Positions 1-11,924 of a stretch of DNA of 64,000 bases are shown one piece after another; within the stretch, counting starts at the first letter, position 1; every line of letters begins with the position of its first letter. The notes beneath the pieces are model-generated. The model was not told the DNA's origin and made no database searches. It was given only the letters and a program-made list of their open reading frames with translations. The DNA comes from Phallusia mammillata. Lineage: Eukaryota. The position numbers and the translations under genes are program-made. The stretch spans positions 14,818,001-14,882,000 of the forward strand of contig OZ281497.1 in the NCBI GenBank assembly GCA_965637545.1. Direction: 5' to 3'.

Positions 1-43
1 TTATAATTTTTATTCGATAAAATAAGCAGCTAAAATAAAATAC

Positions 44-427
44 CATGTCGTTATCGTCCACAGGTGGCTTATACAGTCCACGAATTACACCAGACTTCAG
101 TTCGGTTTCAGTGCAGTAGTACATGTCAGCGTTCCTCATCATTCCGTCTGAGGACAGTGCAGTTGCAACATACTCGCCAGATGTGGCGCCAATGATCTCA
201 AATTTAAACTTGTCTTCGGCTGCTTGCTACAAGTTACAAACTTTTTAGAATTGGTAACTAATTGAGGTTACACCGATAAGATATATCTTACGTGAACCCA
301 GGTTGTCAAAATACAACTCGAATCTCCTGTTTGGCAACCTGGAGGAAAGCGAAAACATCCTTTGGTTTTGCCGCAGCCCTCGGCGTCTGGTACCGATGTT
401 GAGGCTGAACTTTGAGCGTTTCTGTTC
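44..427 (-). other. DOMON unit 5 (first two exons; the rest lies outside the window)
   Basis: EGCGKTKGCFRFPPGC ... DGMMRNADMYYC. Confidence 0.85.
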
Positions 428-3400
428 CTGCAAAATTGATGGTTTAAGGAACTGGCAACATGTCAAATGCAGGTATTGTTTCATGTTTGTTTTCCTAAAA
501 TATACACGGCACTTATAATTGCCTAATAAGCTTTATGTTATTGTGTAACTATACCCATACAGACTGCATGGTAGTGAAAGGTGTGGTGTGAGAAAAACTT
601 AAAAGAGTGATTTTTTCATTTAAAGTAAGATAAATCTCCGCACGAACAAAAAATATCATCCACCCACTTTTCAGTCGATAAAGTTTGTCCTGGGGTGGCG
701 GGAGCTGAGGTAGGAGAAAAAGATTGGGAAACAGCAACTTCAGTATTCACTGTGGTTGATATTAATGGATATGTGGACGAACTTGATCTTGTTGACAAGC
801 TTGAGACTGGCGTTGAACTTGTCGATTCCATTTCAGCAGTAAGTGTCGACGTCATAGCGTTAGAATTTGTGGGGTTCGATGAAGGTATAACTTGAGTCAA
901 AAAGCTGGAAGGCGAACTAGGGGTTGGTGTCGGTGATGCGCTTTGAAGTACAAATCATATTTTATAATTCTCATAACCTGAAGAGGATGTGTGTAGGAAT
1001 CTGTGATATTGTTTGAAGGATTGCCCGAGGGCACGTTGTCTTGTTTACTGGTAACTAGATACAAAAGAGAACTTTATTTGCTCTCTTTCGGAGGCAGTTA
1101 ACACAAATTGTTCGAAATTGTCCTGCAATTGTCCTGACGAAAAACGAAACCCAGTCAAACTTACGTGTTAGCTGTGACCGACTCGACTGAAACGAATTTT
1201 GTCAAGTTGCTCGACCATCGATCCACGCCATGATATAACATGGAATTACCTATGTGCAAAGTCAAAACAACAGTTAGAGGAAGGTTTTAGTTTGTTTTAG
1301 CTATCTTTAAAGGAAAGTTTTTTTACCATCCTGTAGCTTAAAGCGGTTGTTTACTTTTCAAATTGAACCATACAAAATCTGCTACAACGCTTTGAATTTT
1401 TTTTATCTTATAAATGTAAAACTAAAGAAACGCCCTTTTATACAATTGGTTCCCATTCATATACCAAGATAAGCGCCTGATGCAAACAGCACGTGATATG
1501 AATTTGAAACCAAGTCAAATGCGACCGCTTTGTTTTGACTGATTGTTTTAGTCAAGCTTCTTGCTCGACGGAAGCGACATTGTATGACTTCATTGTTAGT
1601 CGCTGCACTGGGCATTGAAATTCCAACCTGCACACAAAAGTTACATCAGTACCAACATTTATCAATTGTCAAAATCATTTACCGGTAGAGTTGAGTCTTC
1701 GATAGGATTTGAATAGCGACCTCGAATAACCCCAGATTTTAGTGCACCGCGAGTGCAAAAATAAAGATCAGCGTCCTGCATTTGTGTGCTTGTTGACATG
1801 GCAACAGCCACGTACTTTGGCATGACCCCAATGTTGCCGCGGATTTGCATGTCAAATGTCTCGCCGACTTTATCCTGGAAACATATTTGGTCTGCAATCA
1901 TTAATTTTGTCTGACGCTGACGAGTTGATGTTTTACCGAAATGGCAGAGCCCGCGGTTTCATTACACACGTCTGCTGCCACACTTACGTAGTTCCAGGAA
2001 AGTATGATGCAATTTGGTTGGTTCACTGTGCAGTTCGGAATGTTGCTCATGCATTCTGCGTAACCTCCACACTTTGGAGGCGTCGTCGCTGAGCTTGTTG
2101 GCATCGCAGTCGTCATGGTTTTTGTGGTTGAAACGATTGTTGTCGTGGTAGAAACGACTTCACTTATTCTGTGAGTGTATGCAAATTTAAGCAAAATCCG
2201 TGCAACGAAGTTTCACCATACAAGTAAATCATACGTTGTTGCAGCGGTCGGTGTTGTGGAAAAACCATTCATGAAGTTCACTGGTGGCGAAGACCAACGC
2301 TGTTGTTGGTGGTATAGAAGCGTCCCACCTAGAACACACAACCCAAATTAATTGGTACAATACCGGGCCGATGATAAGCTACATGAATTTTTAGTAGCAG
2401 CTTTCGAAACGTTACTCGGATCAATCGTTCAAATCACAAACTGCTGCATTTTATAAACAGTCGACGCCCAATTTTTGAATACATACTTCATTTTGTATCA
2501 TTAGTTTTTAGACAGCAGTGCATCAGCATGTGTATCGAAATTGCAATGCTCGCTTGGATGTGTAAATGTCGATTAAATCCGCTCTTTGTTCAATGCACTT
2601 ACCAGCATATGAGCCAATTGCGAAAAGCACGTGAAACGATTCCGCTAACAAGTCAAACGATTTGGGTTGTCCAGTTTGATCCGTTCTAGTTATCGATACA
2701 GGTCTTGTAAAAGAACAAGTCACTTTTCCGTTTGTGGACACTACACCGTTTGACACGACGCCAGCCTTGAAAGCAAAACATAAACTTTAAAATTACTTCA
2801 TTCCGGATTACTCTCGATGGCAACAATTAATTAAGTATCAAAGAGTGCCATATGGGTGTGGCAAGCCGAAAACTACAGCGTCATTATAACGAATAGCATT
2901 TAATTTGTAAATTTGAAGTAAATTAACCCTTAGTGGTAAGACTGGGGGTGAATCTCTGGTCTCAAGAAAGTAAGATTCGAGAATTTTTCTCATTAAGTTC
3001 ACACGTAAAGTTTTATCTGCATAGTAACCGCATATTATATAATGTTAATACTAACCGGCAAAGTAGCATCAAGAATTGGGCTAACATACAAGGATTGTAT
3101 TGTTCCCGAACCAAGATTTGAAGCAGTACAGTAATATAGATCTGCATCCTGCATTGTAGGTGACGAAGCAAATGCAATTGCCACATATTCCGTATCGGAC
3201 AGTGCACCAACACTTATCTCCATTTCGAAATTATTTACTTCTGCTACCTGTTGATTTGTTGTACAAAATTTTGAGCTTGTTTTTTGTTAAATAATATTTT
3301 TAAACGCTGGACTTACGTAGCGGGATGATAAAGTGACACAACCACTACTTGTTGTCGAGCAGTTGGGAATGTTACTGACACACAACTTGGTTGTCCCACA

Positions 3401-6400
3401 TTCATCACCGGGTGTGGTTGAGATGGCGGATGCCAGTAAGGGTGTAGTTGACGTTCTGTTTTAGAACAAAAGTTTGTTAACATTGTATCCGTAGTTACGT
3501 GTTTTTTTGGTTGTCCTTACGTGGTTTCGAACCCAGAATCTAAAGTCTATAGAACAGAACCTTGAATACACATCTACACATTTCTTGCATATTTAATGAA
3601 TGCCGCTTCTTACATATATCACAGGTTTGTTCGCTACCAAGTTTTTTCTCATGATTAACTAATGAAGTAACATATACAGAGCATCTTTCGCTCTCAAATG
3701 TGTTCCTTAGGGCCGCGAGTTTTGGCACTCGCCCAATATTTTGTCAACATCCGGAGTAGGCCACTTTATCACTGTTTTTACTAAAGCTGCAAGTGCCTCT
3801 ATTTCCCATAGTCTTAGCAGTAAAGCCCAGTCGTGTTTCATATTACTGTTCGTGAGATTGTTTGTCAGTCATGCAGTGACTGTATGTATTATTTAGTGGG
3901 ACGATTAACTTTGCTCTGGCGTGAAAAGGGGGTGAACGCCTCGACAAAAGGGACTTACAAAAAGGTGGCAGCATGTCAACCACCATGCCATGCATAATCC
4001 ATGTGCTCTCGGGACAGGATTGTGGAATCACACGGATAAGTGTAGACGCTTGAGTAATTAACACCCAGAAAAATTGTCGACGCAATTAAGCGTTTTCCAG
4101 CACCGCAATTATTACCTTGTTTCGTTTTGAGGTGGTGGAGCCAAGAAGCCCGTCGTGTAATTGAGCGACGAGGGTGAGAACCAACGGAGATTGAAATGAT
4201 ACTGCAAATTTCCACCTACCAGGTGTAATGATATGGAGTATAATGTTAAATGCCACTCAACGCTTTATTTAATTAATTATGACATGTGCGCCATATCAAG
4301 TATTGGAAGGAAGACTTAGCACTTTAATGGTTACAACTGCCTTACATCTTTAGGAAATGGCGTTGCTCAAATAAAACAATGAAGAAAGCAACTGTAATTT
4401 TTACGAGACATAAAAACAACCACGAAAGACGAAATGGAATTTTGTTTCGCTGGAAACAATTTGAATACACAGTACCTGGATATAAACCAATCGCTGAAAG
4501 TAAATGAAACTCGGCGGAAGACAAGTCAAATATAGTTTGGCTTCCATCACTGGCCGTTCGTGTCACCGATGACGGTCTGGTAAACTTGCATGTCGTCATG
4601 CCATTGGTCGAGTCGCCGTCAGTGCTCAAAACCCCGGTCTGTCAAAAATATTCAGGGAGTTTCAAGCCTGCATCAACGCATCTCAATTTTTTTCCATATT
4701 TGACAAATGTTATGTTTTTGACTGTTAAATTGAGGTTATGTCATTAGTCGAGACAAACGAAACGCATTTGCGTAGAATTGGGATTCCCAGCATGATTTGT
4801 TTTTATTCAAACGAAAACATGACAACGCACAAACTGTTTGATGTAATTTTGGTTTGCGTTGCGTGACTTCCAATGTACATTATTTGCTATGACGTTGCGT
4901 ACAACCTCACACAAAGCAAATTTTCTTTTATATGAACCCGCATTAAAGAATGACACATAACTAACCGGCAAAACAGAATCAACCACAGGGGACGAGTATT
5001 GTTGTCCAATCGTCGCCGAGCCAAGTACGCCACTTGCGCAGAAATAAACGTCTGCGTTCTCCATATTTCCAGTGGGTGCGAAGGCAATAGCGATGTAACC
5101 CATGTCCAGTTCGGGTTTTCCACTTATTTCCATGTCAAAGGTTCCAGAGTTTGGATTCTAATAGAAAAGCCGAAGCAGTTAAATACTATCTTTTGTGTGT
5201 CGAAAGAGATTTAATTTGTTTTCGTTGCCCAAAGTTGAAAACAGCTCTTTTAATGATGAACAAATTTTAAAGAAATTATTAAATTCTAAACGTAACTAAG
5301 AACCTGCAAATTTATTTCCCTTAGCTTATTCTTTATACTTCAACGTATAAAACGCTTAGTTGTCATGGGCAATGCGGCATTTCTCTTGTGTCACTCGCTT
5401 GTTGACATGTTCTGGTTAGGTTGTTTGTTTGTCAAACTCGGGTTCGCATGTTAGGTATGCTGACCGAAGTTTCAAGTGTTTTACCGAACCGTGTTTTTCT
5501 CCCACACACGTGACCACATCGCGTCACAAATTTACATAACCTCTACGTGATAAAGAACACGCAACAAATTCTTTGAATACGCATACGTCTTAAACGTGAA
5601 TGCAAAAACTCACGTATTTCCAAGAAAAAAATATGCAGTTGGTGTCCCCAGGCGAACAACCGGGCGTATTTGTGTAGCATCTTTTGGTGGTGTTGCAGCC
5701 CGAAGTGATGGTAGGTGATAGCGTCGTTGTCGGGGGTATAAATGTTGCGCTATTAAAAAACATTTTTTTGCCACAAACGGCATTTTGACGCATTTTCGGA
5801 AATGACCCATGGCGTAGCCTGATAAAATCTTTTATGAGACAATTTAGGTCTTATCTAAATACCCTTAAGGTTTGATTTTTTATCTCTGCATTTTGTTTTT
5901 CTTGCTTACGTGCTTGTTTGTGGTGACGAAGATCTCAGATTCACAGCACTTGACGAAATCCATCTTTGTGTGCCGTGGTATGTCATCACATCTAGATTGT
6001 TGGAACAAAAAACACAAGTATTGTTGTTTTGTCAAACTATCGGGTTTTTATATGTTAACGATGACCAACCTGGATAAGCACTTGAAGCCAACAGCACGTA
6101 AAAATCGTCGGCGGTCAAATTGAATACTTTTGATGTATCACCGCTAATAGTTTTTGTGACACTTTCGTATCGTGTAAACTGGCACTCCGCTACCCCATTG
6201 CTTGTACTGGCGATTCCCATCGTCAAAACGTCCTGCGCACAAACACTCATTATTTATTAACGTCGAACTTAATTGCCGCTTGGGTATCGTGTGAGAAACT
6301 CTCACCGTCTCTGTGTCAGTGACCGGCATTTGATAAAGCCCCTGAATTGCTCCAGACTTCAAGCTTGTCCCGGTGCAATAGTACATGTCAGCATCTTGCA

Positions 6401-7711
6401 TCCTGTTTGTGGCGGAAAACGCTACGGCAGTGTACGTTGCCCCATTACCTGCACCACCCCTCAACTCCATGTCAAACATGCCGGTTGACTGGTTCTATAA
6501 AAACATCAAAATACGCGATTCTCAAAATGGCCTGTTTTGGGTGGTACTCCTTGTTTTCGACAGGGCAAAAAAATCCAATAGCGACAAAAAAGTAACGTGC
6601 AGAAATATAATGTTGCTTTTAACAAATGTTAAAAATATATTCAAGGGGGTTTACAAAAACCGGCCGCGAAGGCCTAAAACAGATTTGATCAACAACATTC
6701 AACGACTTTTTGAAATATATGGGTGCGTTAAGTAGCCGTCGGTAACGAGAAATGAATTTGCTTCTTTCTAAAAATATTTTTCAGTTAAATTTATATCATA
6801 AAGGAGACCGCAAAACCGAAAATAGAAAACTTCTCAAGAAGCTGTCCCAAAGCGTGGGCAGTGGTTGTGATAGATGGAATTTCTCATTAACTTTCTTGAT
6901 CTTCAATGGGACATGAAATGTGACAAGTTCTTGATTAAAAATAAGTTGTATGCTAAAAAATGTTTGTATCTTTTAAACAAAATTAAAGACATGGCGTCAA
7001 TATCGCTTAACAATTCGCATTAGACAGCACAATTATTCGGTTTTGCGAATGAGGAATATGAAAGCGACCAGTTTTTGTAAGAAAGGTTTGTAAGAAAAAA
7101 TGATCGTCACCACTGCATCATCATGACTTGATAAATACGATTGTTTCAATTTCTATGCAATATGGCTGCCAAAGAGTGGCTTGCGGCAACGGGAGTTCGA
7201 ACTGACCGATCACTGCAGCAATACGTCATTTAAGTCACGACATGAAACAGCGTGCCGCGATTTTACAGTTAATAGCCCGGGTTGTCGTAAAAATGAAATT
7301 GCACGAAAAGTGACTAAGCGTAAACCCCGGATATCGAGAAAACGAAAACATATCCAAATCATGTTTCCAAAAATAGCCCAATACAACAAGCAATGTGTTC
7401 ACGAGCATTCACCTTTAAAATTGTGGCATATCACCTCAATGGAAAATACATTTTCTCTCAAGTTTTTGCAATACTGGAAACAATCAAAAACCATGCCAAA
7501 TGTGGGTAGATGAACAATGTGTCGTTTCAAAACTATTTTTGCACGTACTTACCCAAACATACGAAAAGAACAGACATGATGAATCTGTCAGGAGGCAGTT
7601 TTGAGGAAACTTGAAGCAGGCTTTCGTTTGTCCACATCCAACGTCGCTAACGGCATTTGAAGTTTTAATACTTGCAAGTAGAAATGCCAAAAAGAAAAGC
7701 GAAACTTTCAT
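44..7711 (-). CDS. Secreted multi-DOMON protein (FRRS1/SDR2-like DOMON domains, at least 5 tandem copies); 3'-partial, continues beyond base 1
   Basis: 19 GT-AG exons give one open frame of 995 aa: 7711-7553, 6494-6306, 6232-6070, 5991-5910, 5749-5614, 5157-4966, 4638-4476, 4215-4116, 3455-3317, 3247-3056, 2765-2603, 2328-2235, 2168-1988, 1874-1683, 1627-1465, 1249-1165, 940-668, 427-292, 226-44. The N-terminus is a signal peptide (MKVSLFFLAFLLASIKTSNA). Each unit has a C-x-x-x-K/A-x-C..C..C linker (e.g. GCGQTKACFKFPQNC, GCGKTKGCFRFPPGC), F-D/E-M-E/Q-I/L, YxAxA..M-x-D/N-AD-x-Y-Y/F-C, C-x-F-x-R, and YH-x3-RW. Confidence 0.9.
668..940 (-). other. Ser/Thr/Pro-rich mucin-like spacer exon of the DOMON gene
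   Basis: 273-nt phase 2-2 exon (ASPTPTPSSPSSFLTQVIPSS...TLSTE). The donor GTGGGT at 667 is inferred from frame continuity. Confidence 0.7.
1165..2168 (-). other. DOMON unit 4, 4 exons
   Basis: KCGGYAEC ... STQMQDADLYFC ... QCRFRRA ... MLYHGVDRWSS. Confidence 0.85.
2235..3455 (-). other. DOMON unit 3, 4 exons
   Basis: ECGTTKLC ... SPTMQDADLYYC ... TCSFTRP ... LLYHQQQRWSS. Confidence 0.85.
4116..5749 (-). other. DOMON unit 2, 4 exons
   Basis: SGCNTTKRC ... TGNMENADVYFC ... TCKFTRP ... LQYHFNLRWFS. Confidence 0.85.
5910..7651 (-). other. DOMON unit 1 (Cys linker plus DOMON), 4 exons
   Basis: TNRMQDADMYYC ... ECQFTRY ... MTYHGTQRWIS. Confidence 0.85.
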
Positions 7712-9915
7712 GCTTTTTCACCTACAAGTTTACTGCAATTTTACACTGACTTTTACCTAACAACAATACATTCTAGTTAGTCTTTTTTCCAGTACTTTGT
7801 GCACTTGTTTTATTTATTAAAGGCCAACGCACATGTTTACATAAGACACCACCGTGAACTACTGTGCTGCTTTCGGTTCAGCAAATCCACTTTGCTGTGA
7901 TGAGAGAAAATTAGCGCCAACGGCGGAGTTGGTGGCCTTCTTCACGGCGGCACGTTATCAACGTCCGCAATCTGTGGACGCAATTGTCTTGCATTTATCA
8001 GTGCCCAGTCCGCCATAATAGCCGCATTTTCAATAACTGATGTCTCGGCCACTGTCTTTAATTTATCATTGCCGGGGTTGCCACACTGACCGGATTTGCT
8101 AGTTCTGGTTTTACTTTTATTCTGGTTACCTTTTTTCGAGCAATAAAAAACCTAATATTAAAAAACTTTTTGTTACAAAAGAATTTTACCTCACCCGGTT
8201 TTATGTACTTGCATGACACTCACGCTTTCAAATAATGTTGCAAAAACCAAAACTGGTTTGTTAACCTAAGTTAAAAACTAAAAGTACAACCTGGTGCGAC
8301 TTAAAGGTCTCTGTTCAAGTATGTGTATTAGGTCTACGTTTTAGCAATTAGCTTTAACTGATGTGCTATTTTACCGCATGGGTCACCATGAGATACATTG
8401 CTATGCAAACAAGAAAAAAACACGCCCAAAAAGTGCTAGTTTTCGCATCCGAGTTGGCATCCTTATGAAATTTGATATACTCAGAAATCAATTACCCTTT
8501 CCGGGCACGAAGTTTTAATTGAGTCACGATTTAAAAACTCGGCGATAATTGCATGCAGTGTGAAATCAAATTGTTTTGGGTTTAGGGTAACATGAAGCTT
8601 GGCAATCCTATTCATTATGCTCTTTTTTCGAAACATGTTTGAAAACAGGACAAAAAATAAAACGCTTTAAACGCCGCCACATAACATATGCCCTTTTAGT
8701 GGTGGAGGGGACAATGGGGGTGGTTCGATATTTATTTGATTCTTGAAAAACAGAGAAACTGCTTCACCCCCGAGCTTGAATGGCTGTATGCAGGTATACT
8801 ACCAGGGTATAGCTCGTTTATCCAATTGGGGCCTATTCTATCCGTGTCATATGAGTGCACTTTTCATGTGGCGGTGAAAACGCCCCAACGGGCCGTTGTG
8901 CCGCACCAGGGCCCATGACATAAGGGCCCCATAAATATCAAAACTTAAATGCACCCAATTACGGATAAATTCTAGTGTTTTTATAAAACTTAATAATGAT
9001 TTAGTTGTTGCCCAGTATAGCATTTTTGTTTGCTCTTTAAGGATGGCATTACGGTACAGTATATATTACATTGGCAGTACTATACACAACTCGTTGCGAA
9101 GAGCGTCCCGCACTACAATACCGTACCAAATGTCAAAACCTGGAACGTACCGCACCTGCATCAACCCCATGGGGTAGTGCACTGTCTTTGCTTATACCGT
9201 GCATTTAAATAAACTAATCTGAATCAGATTTGCACTAACGGGAGTGGTGTCTAAACAAGCCGCTCAACTGTCTTGGTGAAAATGAAGTTGTAGTTTTAAC
9301 TATATAGCGTCGATAAGATTTTTTAAGGGGTTAAAATCACATGGACGAAGTAGCCTATTGACTTGAATATTAATAGAAGGATTCTCGTCCTATACGCGAC
9401 TTTAAATTTATATTTATATTTTTCCCTTCAACTGTAACTGCAGAACAAAACAGTTACTTTCCAGACTACTGAAAACCGCTTGAGAATACTGAACAAATCA
9501 CTTTCTAGTGCTAATTTTTGTGCATGTCTTTGGTTAATCGCTATGGGAAATGTAACTGCAGCCCAAATGCACGTGTAATCATTCTTTTACAGAACGAATA
9601 CCCACGTAAGCCTGAAATATGAAGTAGTGACGTCATAAACATTTTTGACTCTAGTTTAGAAAAAAAGGCACTGCGGTAAAATCATGTGATAAACAGCTTT
9701 AAATGCAGGTTTTGGTCAATTTTCATCTGTTGCAAAAAGAAACGATGTAAAAAAGACCATTTCTTCAACATTTATTTTGCGTACCAGTACGATAGTAGGC
9801 TTTTGGTACAGTGGTATGCTTTGGTGGTGACTAGCTAAAGATTTGTGAACATTTTACGGCCACTTTGCTTACGTTTTACAATACGATTCGCGTTTACCTT
9901 TTATAACTATAACTA

Positions 9916-9997
9916 TCAAAATTTTTAGAATAGGTCAAAAATTGTCAAAATTGTTTACAAAGTCAAATTTTTTTACAAAGTTAAAATTGTTTACAAA
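9916..9997. repeat. Degenerate short tandem repeat (GTCAAAATT-like units)
   Basis: Repeated (ag)gtcaaaa(a)tt / tttacaaa units; similar to the tract at 11448-11542. Confidence 0.5.
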
Positions 9998-10407
9998 CTG
10001 CATTGTTGTGGTGTTGTAGAGGTTGCACTGCCGGCAAACTATTCGTTTTACACCTTGTAGCTTACTTTATACTGTTGTAATTGGCCCATTGCCCCAATTA
10101 TTGCGAATCATAAACCATCAAGTGAGTGAAACAATTAGGTTGATATGGCGTGATGCTGAACACACCTCAAAACGTGCAAAATTTTGGTAGGTCCCAAGTC
10201 ATTTTACGACAGCTACAGCCTGCAGGTTAGGTGCAGCTCTTGCTTCGGTTTTGCTTTAGATACTTCATGTATCTTTCGTTTATACAAATGTATTGAATAA
10301 TTTTCGTTGTGTCTTAGCTGCAGTTTTTGGGCAGCGATTTTTAATTAGCTCATTCCCTTTTCAGAATAGGTTAGGTGTATGTTCAGATTTTTGCCCTTCT
10401 GTTAGAC

Positions 10408-10480
10408 CAGTGGTTCTTAAACTTTTTATAGCGGCCGAACCCCCACGATATTCTTCAGCCTTTGGTCGAACCCCAAAGTT
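10408..10480 (+). mobile_element. Truncated hAT-type MITE end
   Basis: Starts CAGTGGTTCTTAAAC, the same terminus as the MITE at 12750-13029; no partner end found. Confidence 0.4.
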
Positions 10481-11447
10481 ACATCGTAGGTTTTAAGAAA
10501 ATTTTGTTTGGATAATCATAATCAGTTTTTTTTCAAACGTAGTGGCAACAGTTACTGTTAGTCATTTTGTTAAAATCTGACATAATAATACAAGCATCTT
10601 GTTTCAAGATTCCTTTAATTCCGACAATTTTTATTTGTTAAGATATGTTTTTGCTGCCAATATTTTGTTGGTTTTCTGCTTACGAACAAACCACACATTG
10701 CTAGTTGGTACGTCAAAAAAAGAAAATAAAAGCTTAGTGCAGGGATGCACAACCTTTTTGCGCATCTTATTTTACTAACGACCGTCATTTACCTGTTTAT
10801 TTTTGTTTCAAAATACTTGGTTTATATCATATACATACCATCTAATAGCGCCCAAAACACCCAGATTAATTTCTAGCTAGGTGCACAGTTTGAGCTGCAC
10901 TATACGAAGATCAGTCCCACGTTTATGATGTCATAATCGAAATTCTGACGCTTGTGGTACCTGTTTTGTTCGCATTGTTAGCACACAATAGGCGTACAAA
11001 AAGTCTGACGGATGTTGCTACTAGGCTGGTAAAGTTAGTATACTATGGTAATACCCTTTTTGGTACCACAAAAACTGTTTAAAGCAGTTTAAAAATGATA
11101 ATATTTAGCAAACGAGTTTTATTTACGTCACGGCCGCCAGTACATATAGACATATTAAAAACATGTTCACGACCGCACAAACTCGTCTCTGCGGCGGCAG
11201 TACGTCCGCAGGTTGTTCAACCTTGCCTAAGTGTAAGCTTCCAATGTTTTGATATTTGGCAATATACAAATTACCATTTTTAGCAGACCCTAAAGTTTGA
11301 CGAAAACGAGTATTTTTATTGTACTTTGAAAAGACCTTCGTCGACTGTGTTAGACTTTTGCACATTCTTTCGCTGTAGTTAGATTAGCCTAGCCATATTT
11401 TAACTTTTTGAACGATAATGCGTAATTTAACTACTTGAATTCTTCCT

Positions 11448-11542
11448 AGGTCAAAATTTTGTCAAAAAAAAGTTTTTTAAGGTCAAAATTTGTCAAAATT
11501 TTTAATTTGTAGGTCAAAATTTTTCTTTTTTTAGGTCAAAAA
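11448..11542. repeat. Degenerate short tandem repeat (AGGTCAAAATTT units)
   Basis: Four AGGTCAAAA units plus gtcaaaa sub-repeats. Confidence 0.55.
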
Positions 11543-11924
11543 ATAATTGCCCTACTTATAAATATAACTTTTGTGCTTTTTATCGAATAGTTGTGTTATT
11601 TGTACGATGGAAAAGTCGTATATTCACACTTGCGTCATGCGGCATTGTGCGCAATGCGCATGTTCTGCTGAATCTGCTTCAAGTAAATTTCTGCAATTTT
11701 GTTGTTAAATGTTAGCTTGCTTTGAGATTTTGCAGATATAAATGAAAAAAAAAAAGATTTTGGAGATTCCTAAATACTTGTATTTACTGTTACTTTCATA
11801 AAGTCATTCAGAATCGAAAAATGCCAAAAAATATTTTCACTCAGACATAATAAAGTTTGTCATAAACGCCCAAACAAAAAAAGTACCTCGAATTTGCCAC
11901 CAAAGTCTTAAGGAATTTTGAAGT

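Noticed and set aside
978-1047. Apparent extra DOMON-gene exon (KQDNVPSGNPSNN...)
   Set aside because: It exits in phase 0 while the next exon needs phase 2, and the following intron would be only about 36 nt.
7165-7210. tRNA/SINE-like B box (GGAGTTCGAAC)
   Set aside because: No proper A box, cloverleaf or tail.
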